Assembly (NCBI RefSeq): GCF_001194135.2
Contig: NC_068989.1
Coordinates: 64,893,614 to 64,957,613 of the forward strand
From: Octopus bimaculoides
Taxonomy: Eukaryota
Direction: 5' to 3'
DNA: 64,000 bases
A program made the translations under genes and the position numbers. Each line of letters starts with the position of its first letter. Position 1 is the first letter of the stretch. Positions 39,576 to 52,964 of the stretch are shown here, piece after piece. The notes under the pieces were generated by a model. The model was given only the letters and a program-made list of their open reading frames with translations. It did not search any database and was not told the origin of the DNA.

Positions 39576-41228
39576 CTAGAGAGAGAGAGCTAGTTCGATT
39601 GACTGATGCATATATAATTCTTTATTCTTCAGATTATCTCCCTTTTTACATACAAGTGGTCGTAATTTTCATTTGGCAATTATGACACATGTTGATGAGA
39701 AGATATTACTAATAAATCAAGAGTTTAAATGGTATAAACATTGATTTGTCTGTTTTGCTTCTATTTATCTCTCTCTGCTTCACACTGTATATGCATGTAT
39801 ACGTGCATATATGCATTACCTCTGATGGAGTGAGACAATACATACAAAGACATACGCACATACATATGCCTGTATGTATGTATATATAGATATGAATAAA
39901 TAAATGAATATATATGTGTGTGTGAGTATATATATATATATATATNNNNNNNNNNNNNNNNNNNNNNNNNNNNNNNNNNNNNNNNNNNNNNNNNNNNNNN
40001 NNNNNNNNNNNNNNNNNNNNNNNNNNNNNNNNNNNNNNNNNNNNNNNNNNNNNNNNNNNNNNNNNNNNNNNNNNNNNNNNNNNNNNNNNNNNNNNNNNNN
40101 NNNNNNNNNNNNNNNNNNNNNNNNNNNNNNNNNNNNNNNNNNNNNNNNNNNNNNNNNNNNNNNNNNNNNNNNNNNNNNNNNNNNNNNNNNNNNNNNNNNN
40201 NNNNNNNNNNNNNNNNNNNNNNNNNNNNNNNATATATATATATATACACATATTGTGACATGTATATGTGTATGTATAATGTGTACACACACATACACAC
40301 ACACACAAACACACACATCACACACACACATATATAATGTATTAAATATAATTATATTTCACCATATATTGATTTGAGAAAATAGCCTAATACTAGGACA
40401 TATAAAACTCATGGCAGGAAAATGGATATAAGTAAGCTGCGAAACCTAATGCCTATTTTTACGTCATGCCCTGATATTATAATATATCATATAATCAATA
40501 ATCGGTGAAAGCTTATGGTTCTGCTTGATAAACTTTCACTTTCCAACGTCTTCTAATTCACACATAGTTCGCTTATATATATTTCTGGGCATGTTCGTTT
40601 CTGAATGTGTGCTCAACTATATTTACTAATCAACTGTTTTATTTCTAGCAATATTTCTTTTAGACGTTTTATCTTAAGCCTTCAAATATCAGTTGAATAA
40701 TTTCAAGTCTATTTTCTGTGAAAGGAACTGGAATTGCATTTAAATATGACTCTTTGACAGCATTCTCTGACAATGGCTACACGGTGCAAACGATAGCGCT
40801 ATGAATATTGTTTTTGCTGAATGTCATATGCAACATACAAATCTCACTGACGTAAATTATTACGCAACTCGAAAAAAGCATATATATATTATATGTACGT
40901 AGTATATACGTGTATGCATGTAGAATGTAAATTTTCCGTTCTACCATTTTGATATGGGGTATCTTCAATTTAATGGACCCCTCTCTGGACTATTATTTCA
41001 AGACTATGTTTTTTCTTTTATATTAATTCATATCATCAATGAAGCCGTCTAGCTGGAGGTTGACAGATTCCCATCTTTTCAAAATGTTTATTCTGAATCC
41101 TAGAATTTCTACCTTTGTAATAGCGGCTTCAAAGTACGTGAGTAAACTTACTGAAAAATGAGGTATTGAGGCATAGTTGTTATCATGGCATTGTGGGATA
41201 AATCAACAGTTTCTGATTCCTGTTGTCA

Positions 41229-41278
<50 letters not shown>

Positions 41279-41986
41279 TCCTCTTTCTATATTTATATAT
41301 GATTAGAATAAGCAGCTAGGCGCAATATAAATGCGTAAAGGAAAAATTTGTTCGCCAGTAACTGAGTGTGCTGAATAGCCCCTATATTAAGAAATAAGGC
41401 TTAAAACCATTAAGGATGCATGAGCGTGCAGTTTATATACATTGACAGGGGAAGTAACCTCCCCACGAGCATACCTAGAAACACTAAACTAGACTACCTT
41501 CGTCTATTATTTGCAGAGAAGTCAGCAGTGCCTATGATGGGCTCTTGTTGTATTCGACGCATGAAGACTAAAAATCCTACTTTTATCCTATTTTTCCCTT
41601 TCTCCAGATGATATTGGTAAAAAGCTGAGGAAGCCAATTACTAAGACGACCTACTCAGTGATTTGTTTAAAGTGGCATTGACTTTTGGGAGACCTTTCAA
41701 AGTTGTTGGTACTGTTGGTAGTATATATCACTATACGTATGCCACTAGACTGATGAAGAGCAGACCTTAATTGGATGACCGATAACTTCCAGCCCTTGAC
41801 GGGTCATTTGTTTTCATCCCACCTGTTTTCAATATCCATATAATCATCCTCCTCTTCAAGCAAACTTGGTGGCGGTGTCGGTATCATCACCGACAACCCA
41901 ACCATGTGAAAGGTTGTACTGTTTACGTGTTACTAGTAACACTCCAATGCAACCTGACACACGCACGCACATACAGAGAGACATAC

Positions 41987-42030
<44 letters not shown>

Positions 42031-42212
42031 TAAATGATAAAGGTGGCTAGACGCAATATAAAACCAAAAAGGAAGAAATCGATTGTCAGTAATAGTGAGT
42101 GAGTGTGCATTCTAGCCCCTGCATTGCTAGAAATAAGATTCAAAGATCCTTATAGCCACAAACATAATATAAGTCTATGTACTGACAGGGGAGTTAACCG
42201 CCCCATAGCAAG

Positions 42213-42278
<66 letters not shown>

Positions 42279-43394
42279 TTGCACAAATGTGTATACACGT
42301 GTGTGTGTGTTATCGACTACTGAGAATAAGTTCTCTTTATCTTTGTTAAAATATTGGTGGTGGAGAAAGTTAGCTTGATGCAGAACCCTTATGTAAGGAA
42401 TGAATCTGGCTCATTTGTGAATTTTCATTGGTATTTGAAACTTGGCATGCTCTTACACTTACGCCTGCACCCTTTATTCACACTGTAATAACGTGCCTCA
42501 TTTTCGTTTATATACAATACTTTAATCAATGAAAACAACACTGTGACATGTTTCAACACTTCGCCTACAATATATACTAATAATGAAATAGTTATGTAAA
42601 TGACTAGAATCAGGGTGTAGACCCATTAAGGTTTATCTCTGTGCAGTAGCTATATGTGTCTTACTTTAATCTTTCCGCGTTAAATATACGTGTTATAACG
42701 TAGCTTTCGTTTTTATCATGAACTTCCTATTAGTCACATTCAAATATATTCATCGATTCATTTCTCTCTCAATAAAATACTCTCTAGACATCTTGAAACT
42801 TTGGAGGCTCTTTACGTAGTTTTTATTTCAATAGACAATAATCAATGAAAATGATTCAACGTTTTATTTGTATAATTAGCATCACAACCAAAATATCATC
42901 CATGGCTACGACTCCTTATCTTTTGGAACCATTAAAGAGAAATATATTTCAATAAGATTCATTATTTGAAATACACCGCGGTGTTTAAATTGTGCGCATT
43001 ACGCCCCTTACATATTCTATTATTACCTGTCTTGTTATCATAGAGATATAGACAATAGAAAAACATATGGTGTGTGTCTTCAAAAAAGAACAAAAATAAA
43101 CGCAATATTATTTCTTTGGCTGTGACGGAATTAAATGTTGGTGGATTGATAGGATATTAAGCCGTTAGTTCAAATCGTATCGAAATTAGTTTAAATTTTA
43201 CATTTCCGCTCATGATATTTCAAAATCGTCTTCATATACAGATGTCAATGTAATGGACTATACATCCTTTCAGACCTTAGCTTTTTTATCTGTGGTATAA
43301 ATCAATGTCACTTTTTTGCTACTGACACTCTGCGATGTGTTGTAATGTAGGAATCTGTTGACTATATAGTTACCGAAATATGCACCTAGAACTG

Positions 43395-43780
43395 CGTATC
43401 GATATAGAAGTATAGAGTCATAGGAGTATATGATTGATATTGGCATATATAGTCGAAGGAATATATGGTCTGTCTATGAGAATGGAGTCAATGGAGTATT
43501 TCGTTGATGCAGGAATTTATAGTCGTAGGGTTATGTGGTTGATAAGGTGCATAAATTTGTAGCACTTTATAGTCGATATAGATAAATTAAGTTGAAGGAG
43601 TATATGGTCGATCAAGGAGTATGTAGTCTTTGCAGTATATGGTCAATGAAGAAGTATATAGTTGTTGGGTTATATGGTCGAGTGAGGTCTTTATAGTCGT
43701 AGATGGCACATATGATCAGTGTAAGAATATATTACTCGATGCAGTAGTATACACTCGCAGATGGGTGTAGTCGAAGAAGC
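43395..43780. repeat. Degenerate ~15-20-bp tandem repeat (consensus about GGAGTATATRGTCGA)
   Basis: Recurring tatagtcga / tatatggtcga / ggagtata words over ~380 bp. Confidence 0.6.
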
Positions 43781-45064
43781 TGCCTAATTATAATACTACT
43801 TTAATTTTCAGATGGAAGAGCAGGCTAAGGACCTTTTTGTGTAGTTCTTTAACCTGACAGAAATAGTAGTGTAATCTCCTTCAAATCGTACTCTATCACA
43901 CTAATGAAATGGAAGCTAGATTGGATAATATATTCATAAAAAAACACTATGTTTGGAAGAGAATAGAGGGGCTGTATAGAACTCCACTAATTATAGGTCT
44001 GATCGATCAAAGCTGACCTGACCTACACAGCAACCAAACATTATAACAGCAATTCACAAATGGATGAAAGGTATGTTTGTTTACCGTGAATATTTTAAAC
44101 TCGTTATGTATAAAGATAATTCTAAAAAGCAGTCATTAAGCAACGATCTACCGTTTTTGGCCAACAAACAATATATAAAAGGAATCTCAAAATTAAAAAC
44201 ATGGTGAGCTACACAGACCTCCTGAATATATGTTTTTTAGCTTACTCTGAATTTGGCTGTCATCCCACCTGTGTGTGTATATATACAGCATAAGTACCAT
44301 CAATATGTTCTTGTTTCTTTAAAGACCGACAATGTCCTTTAATTATCATTCAGCTAAATCCGTATTAAACCATTACTATTTTCTATTCATTTTTCCCTCC
44401 GGCATCATCTGATTTTTCGTCAACAATTTCCCCTATTTGTGTATTCCTCAAATACTTTTTAAACAATGATTTCTATGCCTTTTCAATTTTGCTATTCTCT
44501 ATCATGTGTCATCAACATTTCCAGAGTGAATGCAGTCTTTTTTTATTTTTATTCTTCCTTTTGTTTTGCTCAGATTGGAAAGAAAATCTTTGCCAGATTT
44601 GCTGCAGGATATCTCATTAAAGTCCGAGCTCAAGTAAAAGATGTTTTATTCTCTATCTTGAATGAACATATTGTAAATGAGTGGCCACTGCTACTGCTTT
44701 CATCTGAAGAAAGAAAACTTTGTTGAATTTGTCTCTCTGGTCGATTTTGCATGCTGAAGTAACTAATATAAACGGATTAGTGTTTTTTTACGAATAAAAA
44801 GAAATTATTTAAATAAAACAAAATAACGCTTTTTATGAAATCAATTCTACACAATAAAGATATTAATTATTTCATTAAAAACTTTTGTATTTTTCGAAGA
44901 TGCTAGTCTTTTAAACAATATCGGTGAATATTTGATGCAGGCTTATAGTAGATTATTTGAATTACGATGTTCGAAGTAAACTTAATTTAAAAGAGACTAA
45001 ATCACAAAGAAGTATTTATTGTTAAAATTCTTTTTCTAAACAAAGCGAAAAGATTCTTAAAGGA

Positions 45065-45101
<37 letters not shown>

Positions 45102-45658
45102 CACCCACCCACACACACACACACACACATACACACACNNNNNNNNNNNNNNNNNNNNNNNNNNNNNNNNNNNNNNNNNNNNNNNNNNNATATATATATA
45201 TATATATATATAAAGTAAAATTATTGTTGTTATTGTAAACTATTTGTTTTGGGATCTGTGGTCGCATTAAATATCTCACTCGAAAACAGCTTTAGCTGTT
45301 TTGATTAAAATAAATTATAGGATTTATGCGTATATTTATCCATACAACCTGTATATATATCTCTGGGATTTGGTGCTTTGACAGTATCATTAAGAACTAT
45401 TAAATGAAAGTCCTTCATGTGCTAGCTTGTCCGATTCGTTCATAAAGTCTGAGACATTCTTAGATATGTGGAACAAACTAAAACAAGTTTATCTTACATA
45501 TTTGTATATTAAAGAAGCATTGAGTTAGAATATTAACTAAATATAGCTGTCATATTTAATAGTTTCCTCCACAAAAAGTATATAATGATTTCCACTTTAG
45601 AATTTTGCAGAATTGTTAGAGCATCGGAGAAAATCTTGCAATGGTGTTCCGTTTCTAA

Positions 45659-45870
45659 GGTGACGAGTTGGCGGAATCGTTAGCACCTAGGCAAAATTCT
45701 TAGCGGCATTCCGTCCGTCTTTGTGTTCTGAGCTCAAATTCTGCTGAGATCGACTTTGCTTCTCAACCTCTTGGGATTGATAAAATATGCACCAGTCAAG
45801 TATTGGGCTCGATGTAACCGACTTATCACTCTCATAAAATTGCTGGCCTTGTGCCGTAATTTGAAACCAA
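45659..45870 (+). mobile_element. SINE family A copy (plus strand)
   Basis: ggtgacgagttggcggaatcgttagcac...ctcaaattctgctgagatcgactttgc...gctcgatgtaaccgact...gctggccttgtgcc. Confidence 0.7.
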
Positions 45871-46347
45871 TCCGTTTACCTTTTGGGTTCAAAGTTAACT
45901 TTGCTTTTCATCTACCTTCTTTTTCTTTTTTTCACTTAACTACATTTTACTTAATTGACTCTGAGCAGCATGAAAGTGCTACAACCATTTATGGGCTTTG
46001 CGCTAAGTACATAAAGGGACGTAACTAAGTACCTCTGTGTATTTATCAACACTATCAATTATACCGCCCGACTAGAATGACAATAAAGACTTATTATAAG
46101 TATAATATTGATTTTATACAGGAACTTACAGTATTGTGCGGGTAGAATACAGTACATTTTTCATACGTATTTTATCCCACCTTGAGTGAAATAAACCAAA
46201 GACGTCCACAACCGTATGTGGATTCAGAGTAGCACGTTATCATTTCGTCCATCTTTGCCTTTCATCCGTTTGGAATCGGTAAAATACATACCAATTATTT
46301 ACATTATTTACAATTGACGGATATTTGTCCTCATCTTGTTTGTTGTT

Positions 46348-46393
46348 AACAGAACGTTTCGGCTGATATACCCTCCAGCCGTCATCAGGTGTC
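46348..46393 (-). ncRNA. Minimal type-I hammerhead ribozyme motif (left arm)
   Basis: The minus strand reads GACAC-CTGATGA-C-GGCTG-gagggtatat-CAGCC-GAAACGTT-CTGTT. Core boxes are intact, stem II is a perfect 5 bp, and stem III is the palindrome ACGT. Stem I GACA/TGTT has a C.C mismatch next to the core. Confidence 0.65.
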
Positions 46394-46562
46394 TTGGGGA
46401 AATTTCGAACAGGGGTTCTCATTCCTGAGGTATTTTTCAATGTTGTTATTATTATTATTATTGTTATTATACAGGTCACTTCCTGTAATCGAACTTGGAA
46501 TTTTGGGGTTAGTAGCCCGCGCTCTTAACCCCAAGATTCCGAGTTCGATTCCAGGCAGTGAT

Positions 46563-46615
<53 letters not shown>

Positions 46616-46676
46616 CAACAACAACAACATCGAAAAATACCTTAACAATGAGAACCCAGGTTCAAAATTTCCCCAA

Positions 46677-46722
46677 GACACCTGATGAAGCCTGGAAGGT
46701 ATATCAGCCGAAACGTTCTGTT
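46677..46722 (+). ncRNA. Minimal type-I hammerhead ribozyme motif (right arm)
   Basis: GACAC-CTGATGA-A-GCCTG-gaaggtatat-CAGCC-GAAACGTT-CTGTT. Same as the left arm, but with one mismatch in stem II. Confidence 0.55.
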
Positions 46723-49700
46723 AACAACAAACAAGATGAGGACAAATATCCGTCAATTGTAAATAGTGTAAATAATGTACATAATTCCTCATCTCTTAAA
46801 TATAGAACTGTAAATTACATACCAGTTGAGCAATGGGTTCGATGTAATCGATTTCCCCTCTCTAGAACTTGCTGGCCTTGCACAAGAAGTTGAAAGTAGT
46901 ATTTCAACTCTTTGATGATTTATTTTAGAAAAACAAAACTATCCACTAAATTACTTTCATTCTTTATAGATAATGTGAAATGTTATGGTTCAATTCAAAT
47001 TCAGTTTATTCCCAATTAGGTCAAAAAACTGTATAATCATGCACATATGTAGCCTTTTATTGAAACTCGATTGGCATCGCGAATACAGCGCTTCAGTCAA
47101 ATATTTTAATTAAAATGATACTGACTAATAATTAGAAACCTGCCCGAGAAAAGAAGATGCTATTTATATTGGAAAGAATTTAATTAATAAACATAATACT
47201 TTTTCTTGATTAAGTAAAGTGGCCCTTGGCAGGACTTGGTCGCGTAATATATAGGGAGGAAAAACAAAGAAAGAAAACATGCAAATGATAATATTTAATT
47301 TCATGTACTACCATTCCGACAAATTTTCTGCAATTTGACTCGGAAATAGATTAGTTTGAAACAGAAAGTATACTTGTAAGACTAACAATAGCTACGGTTT
47401 GTAAGATACACAAAATTCAAACGTACACTAGGATACAATGAAACAGCATACACGCATTACGTATATAGACATGTTAGAAGTTTGCAAAGACGTTCTGAAT
47501 AGATATAGATATTTCTGGTAATTTCGTATAATACTTCAAAGCTCGTGGTATACGATGATTGGCATTTTTTAGAAGTTGAACGTTTATGATGTTCCCGTTT
47601 TATATTGTTATAATTATTAATAATACCATCAAAGATTTACGTTCATAATAGGCAGTGTTTGTTACTAATTGTTGATTGTGAGTAAATATTGATCAGACTT
47701 AGATGCCGTAACTTCTTAGTTTAGAAAGATTTTTTAAAAATTAATATAATATGTAGATATGATATTGATAATGTATTCATACATTAAAACTAATTTGGTA
47801 TTAAGAGGATCAAGATATTTATATTACGTATATACACATGAATACAAAAATAACTTGATATGATGTTTTGTATAGCAGTTATTGGTTTATGAGATGTGTT
47901 TCAAGACACTACGGGATAGACTGATATGTGATACTTCTCGGAACTAGATTCTGCTCTATATTAGATTACTTTGAGAATAGGCTTACGAAAGACACACGTT
48001 TTCTCTCAATTATAGATGGTTTATCTTAAAATAATGTTCATTGATATGCAGTTAAAATCACCGGTTACATTTGAAATGTTTTTCATCACAGGTCAGTTTG
48101 ATTAGACTTCACTTGAATATAAACAATAATGCCCAATGTCACAAATAGAAACATTTGCTCTAAACATCCCTCCACCTTCTTGAAGCTGTATATAGAATCA
48201 CTATGTCACAAAATAAAAATCAGTATGTTTCAGTCCGTCAGTATGTTTCAGTTCAACATGGCTCACTTTAAACAACAAATCAAACCGTTTCTTTTTTAAG
48301 GTTTAGTCCCTGTCTCTATACTTTTATTTACACTCCGTCTCCTTTCTTGTATTTACAGATTAATGCAAACACAAATCTGTAGCAATTCGAACTAAATTTA
48401 ATCTTAACCAATCATACTATTCCTCTCCTCTAGAAAAAATTACTAAAACATGCCAAACAATGTTTTGGTTGAATTCCTTCAAAACAAAATCTTTTTTGGG
48501 CAGAAGTAAAAAGAATTACAATTTAAAAGTGATTGATTAGCAATGTAAGTAGATACAGAGACTAAATTAAGGTTGAAGAATATATGTATGCATATATATN
48601 NNNNNNNNNTATACACACAAACTGTTTTAAAGAAGTGCGTTTCAAGATGCGAACAACTTTCTGTAAAAGTTTCTTAGAGGCAAAAGAAGAAAGCATTTAA
48701 AAGAAAAAATTTTCAAGAGAAAGATTTTAAATTCAGAAATAATGGAATAATTGATGCACTAAAGATAATGTCAAAAGTTAAAGCAATACCGATTGGCATA
48801 CGCTATCAATTTGGTTTAACTGGTTAAAAAGTAACTTTTTGTAATAGCAGTGGAAATTACTCATGCCAATTTTTAATAGTAATTTTTTCAAATACGTATG
48901 AATGAAGTGCAAAATAATATGTAATCGCTAAAGAAAAGTCTGAAAGTAAATTCAAAATAAATACAGGCTAGTATCGTATACATTTGGAAAACTGAAATAC
49001 TCGCAATATACTCAATTACTGAAGTTAATGAATGTCAAAGTTTGCAATGCCTGCACTTCTTAAACTAACAAATCGTAGGGATCACCCTGATCAGTGAATT
49101 TCTTGCCTGTTTCTTTATTAACTGAAAGGTAGTAAAAGAACCCATATAGTTCTTACTTGTTTGTCATGGTATGGGTAAATTAAAAATGATCAAAGTACAA
49201 TATTAGAAGTAAACTATACAAAAATAAGGGAGATTGTCTGCCCACGTTTCAATCCTCACGTGTGCCACCGAGGATTAATTGATGCCAAGTTTCTTCTGAT
49301 ATTTTAGCTACTCTTCACACCAAACTAACTTCAAAGCCCAACAGGATCATCTTTTCCTTTTCTCCTTCCAGGGTCGATGAAACTATTACTGGTTAGGTAC
49401 TTGAATTCTGTGCAAGTGTATTCCTGTAACAAAACTACTTCCTTCTTTCTTGGTGATTAGTGCACCACTATGTTAAAATCACGATGAATAGTTGTAGGAA
49501 TTAATGCTACGCAATAAATACCAAGTATTACAGAGATGCATACGTCTACACATAATATACTTGCTTACGTTATTGCAGTTAACACTTCGGCATTATTTCG
49601 TTCCTAATTAAATCAGATAAAATATCTTTAATTAAATCAGATAAAAAAAAACAATAAAATTTGTATTCATCAATTGAAATTCAAAATGAAAAGAAACATC

Positions 49701-51032
49701 TTTATTACATGTCTGTATCTTTTATACTAGAACTTTAATTATTCCTATTACAGGAACATATCCATTACTAATCAAAGAACACAGCAATAAAAATCCGAAA
49801 TCTAAAGCAATAGTTTGCTATGCATTACATTTTCCCCCGTTTTATGCTTTTAGATGCGCAGAAAATAAATTTTAATTTTATGTTTATGTATGAACTTAAA
49901 TATCGTTTTCATTATATATATAAAAAATATATTCCATAATTAATTATTTTGATCAAAATATAATTTTTTAAACAAAGAATTATTATTGAATAAATGGTAT
50001 ATATTGCCATTGAATATACTTGACTTCAATGAATATAAAATTAAAGATATCTCCCAGTGGTACTTCATACTTCTATCTGAGATGGGTTTCAACCAGCAAA
50101 ATTGGTTGTTGTTCAAAACAATTACAACATTTATAGTGCTGTGCTGGTCAAAAGCATTCGGCTCATGGCATAACTTTGTAGTATAACCAACGCTATTTCA
50201 TTAAATGTAGTATAGGAATATTTGAATATTATTTTCTAAGCATGATGGTTATAACGTAGTTTCTTTGTTACCTCTAGCCTGGCTGTCATTTTCTGCTTAC
50301 AATAGTGACAGGAAAGTATAATTTACAAATAATTGCTTGGGCGTACTGTAAATGGATAAACTCCAAAGTAATACGAACTGAAAAAGCTCGAGATAGACAA
50401 CCAAGGGCGGAGTTATTTTTATTATTTTTCATAGAAATTAGAACGTTACGCAATCAGAAAGGATTCACAAACAAATGAATTCTTGGGAATCGAAAATATA
50501 ATCTTTATCTTTAATCTTTAACTAGTTTCCGCTTGAGAGCTGCGGTCATGCTGGGGCACCACTTGATATAATTAATTTTTGAAAGCATTTCATCTATTAT
50601 TTAATTTCAAAAGTACCCTGTGATAAAAATACCTAGAATTTGTGTGATAATGACTTAAAATAATAAAGTAGAAATATTCATATTAACGCTATTGGAAATG
50701 GCGGCTTTATTGAAATTTTGCTTCACTAGAAAAGCTATAATCATATAATATCAAACGAACAACAGAGGCACAGGTCTCTCTTATATTGCAGTGTTTGATG
50801 CCTGTAGTACTAGCGCATATTTTTCCATTGATTGATGCTTACGATACGATAACTATTCCAAAGTGCATGCATCCATCAATCTCGGTGGAGGGTGCTTCAA
50901 ACTCACCTGGTGCAATTTCACCTATTTGCTCTCAGCGAGTTTTTCTCCATAACAAAATATAGTGAATGCTTTTCCTACAAATTCTATCATATCTCAAACA
51001 TATTTGAGCTGGTAACAAGTTTTACACACGCA

Positions 51033-51137
<105 letters not shown>

Positions 51138-51433
51138 TTTCTTTCTCTCTCTCACGCACACAGCGATTTATATGTGTATGTATATATTTGAGTATGCATA
51201 TTTATGTATCTATGCATATATACATAGTAAAGCTGATATAGTAGTGATGCCAATGGAGGCAGGAACGCATGGAAATAGCTGCACGATTGTCATCAGATCA
51301 CCAAATACTTTTTTGTCTTAACAGCATAGAAATTCTGGAGAAATTTAGCTTCTTGAGCCGTATAGCCGCATGTAGTTCACTGTGGCTCACACATATACAT
51401 ATAGATAGGTACATACATAGGTATGTATGTATG

Positions 51434-51470
<37 letters not shown>

Positions 51471-52474
51471 TTATATTTGTATATGTTATAAATTAGAACA
51501 AACAGTAAAAGGTTGTCATTATAGTACTCGGTGTTTCGAATGGTGGAGCGAAGAGCTACGATACAATTTCGTATGCATGCAAGCACATATGTGTATATAA
51601 GGATGAGGTTGCCTACATATTATATATATATATATATATATATGCACATACATAAATAGGTACACATATACATTTCCTATCTTTTGTAGCCTTATTGTGT
51701 TCTGAAAATTTTTCGTGTCATCTATGGTTGATGCATCAGCAGAAAACAACGAAAGGATATTGTTTAAGATATTTTATTATACAAAGACTTCTCAGACAGA
51801 CCTGGAACTCTTTTGTCTATTTGATATATTAACATTAGTTGCTGATTCTATCGACATTATTAATAACAAAGTCTAGCGAATACTGTCAACGTTTGAATAG
51901 ATTTAATTAAACCGATTGTCTGACTTGTAGCTGCAGAATTATTTGGTCACTGGATTTACACGTTTACAGTCTAAAAATGTACCTAATTTGTTCTATGCTT
52001 CATTGCGTAGATTCCTGCTATTTTATGAAATAATCATACAAACAATATTCTATCCTTCATCTTGATATCGTATCTCAGATTTATAACAGTTGAAAAATTG
52101 TTAAGCCGTGACATTAATATGACGCTTTAATCTGACACTTCTATCGATTTATTGCAAATGAAATCTAACTCGCACATTAAATAAAGACACAAATATATTT
52201 TTAGATGCGTAATTCATTTGCAACATAGTATTTCTGACAACAATGCTACCTCTTTGACAATAATATGTAAATTAGTATCATTGAAGTGTCATAAAAAATG
52301 CCACGGTGTATATTAGTAAAACAACACTCTTCTCTCCTCTCCTTCACACACACATTATATAGACATATACATATTCATACACACACACGCCTACACACAC
52401 ACATACACACATCCAAACGCACACACACGAACACACACACACAGAGGGAAACTCGCTCGCCCGCATACACACAC

Positions 52475-52533
<59 letters not shown>

Positions 52534-52964
52534 TACACTAGTAGTAGAAAATGTTTGGGGTTCATTGCATGAAGTGCCGTGTTTAGCTGTGTTATGTCTC
52601 AAGCTACTTCTATCTAGCACCTTCGGATGATCTCAACAACTCAACCGCTACACAACTGCTACTCAACAGCTACTCGACTGCTACTCAACACTCCTACCAC
52701 GGTCAGACCACATCTATTTATATGTCTTTGGGAGATCCTACTTCTTCGCCTGGGGGCGTCGACACAACAAGCTGTATATATTTTTCTTATATGTTTTCGT
52801 GTAATTATGTACATCTTCTTGCATAATATGCATTAAATATTAACCTTTCACTGAATATATAAATCAGCTGTAATGTTATATTTTCATCGTGCATGATTAT
52901 ATGTGTAACATCCCACATAAATGAATTTCTTACATCAATAACTTTTTGGCCATCGCTTCACTTA

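Larger units (their letters stand above)
46294..46809. mobile_element. Fold-back (head-to-head inverted) non-autonomous retroelement: tRNA-like head + (AAT)n + hammerhead-bearing tail, with 15-bp TSD
   Basis: The left arm (46294-~46512) is the reverse complement of the right arm (~46525-46775). The flanks are gtaaaatacatacca (46279-46293) and gtaaattacatacca (46810-46824), with 1 mismatch. The insertion interrupts a family-A SINE that resumes after 46824. Confidence 0.85.
46245..46900 (+). mobile_element. SINE family A copy split by the fold-back insertion
   Basis: ctttgcctttcatccgtttggaatcggtaaaatacatacca lies left of the insertion; ...ccagttgagcaatgggttcgatgtaatcgat...gctggccttg continues right of it. 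Confidence 0.7.

Noticed and set aside
41745-41790. CTGATGAAGAG...CGATAAC, a possible further hammerhead
   Set aside because: The GAAA box is absent and there is no convincing stem II; at most a decayed PLE end.
50901-50975. Strong minus-strand donor CAG|GTGAGT as a possible upstream KCNH exon
   Set aside because: The phase-0 frame needed to join the exon contains TAG, and the other frames also hit stops.
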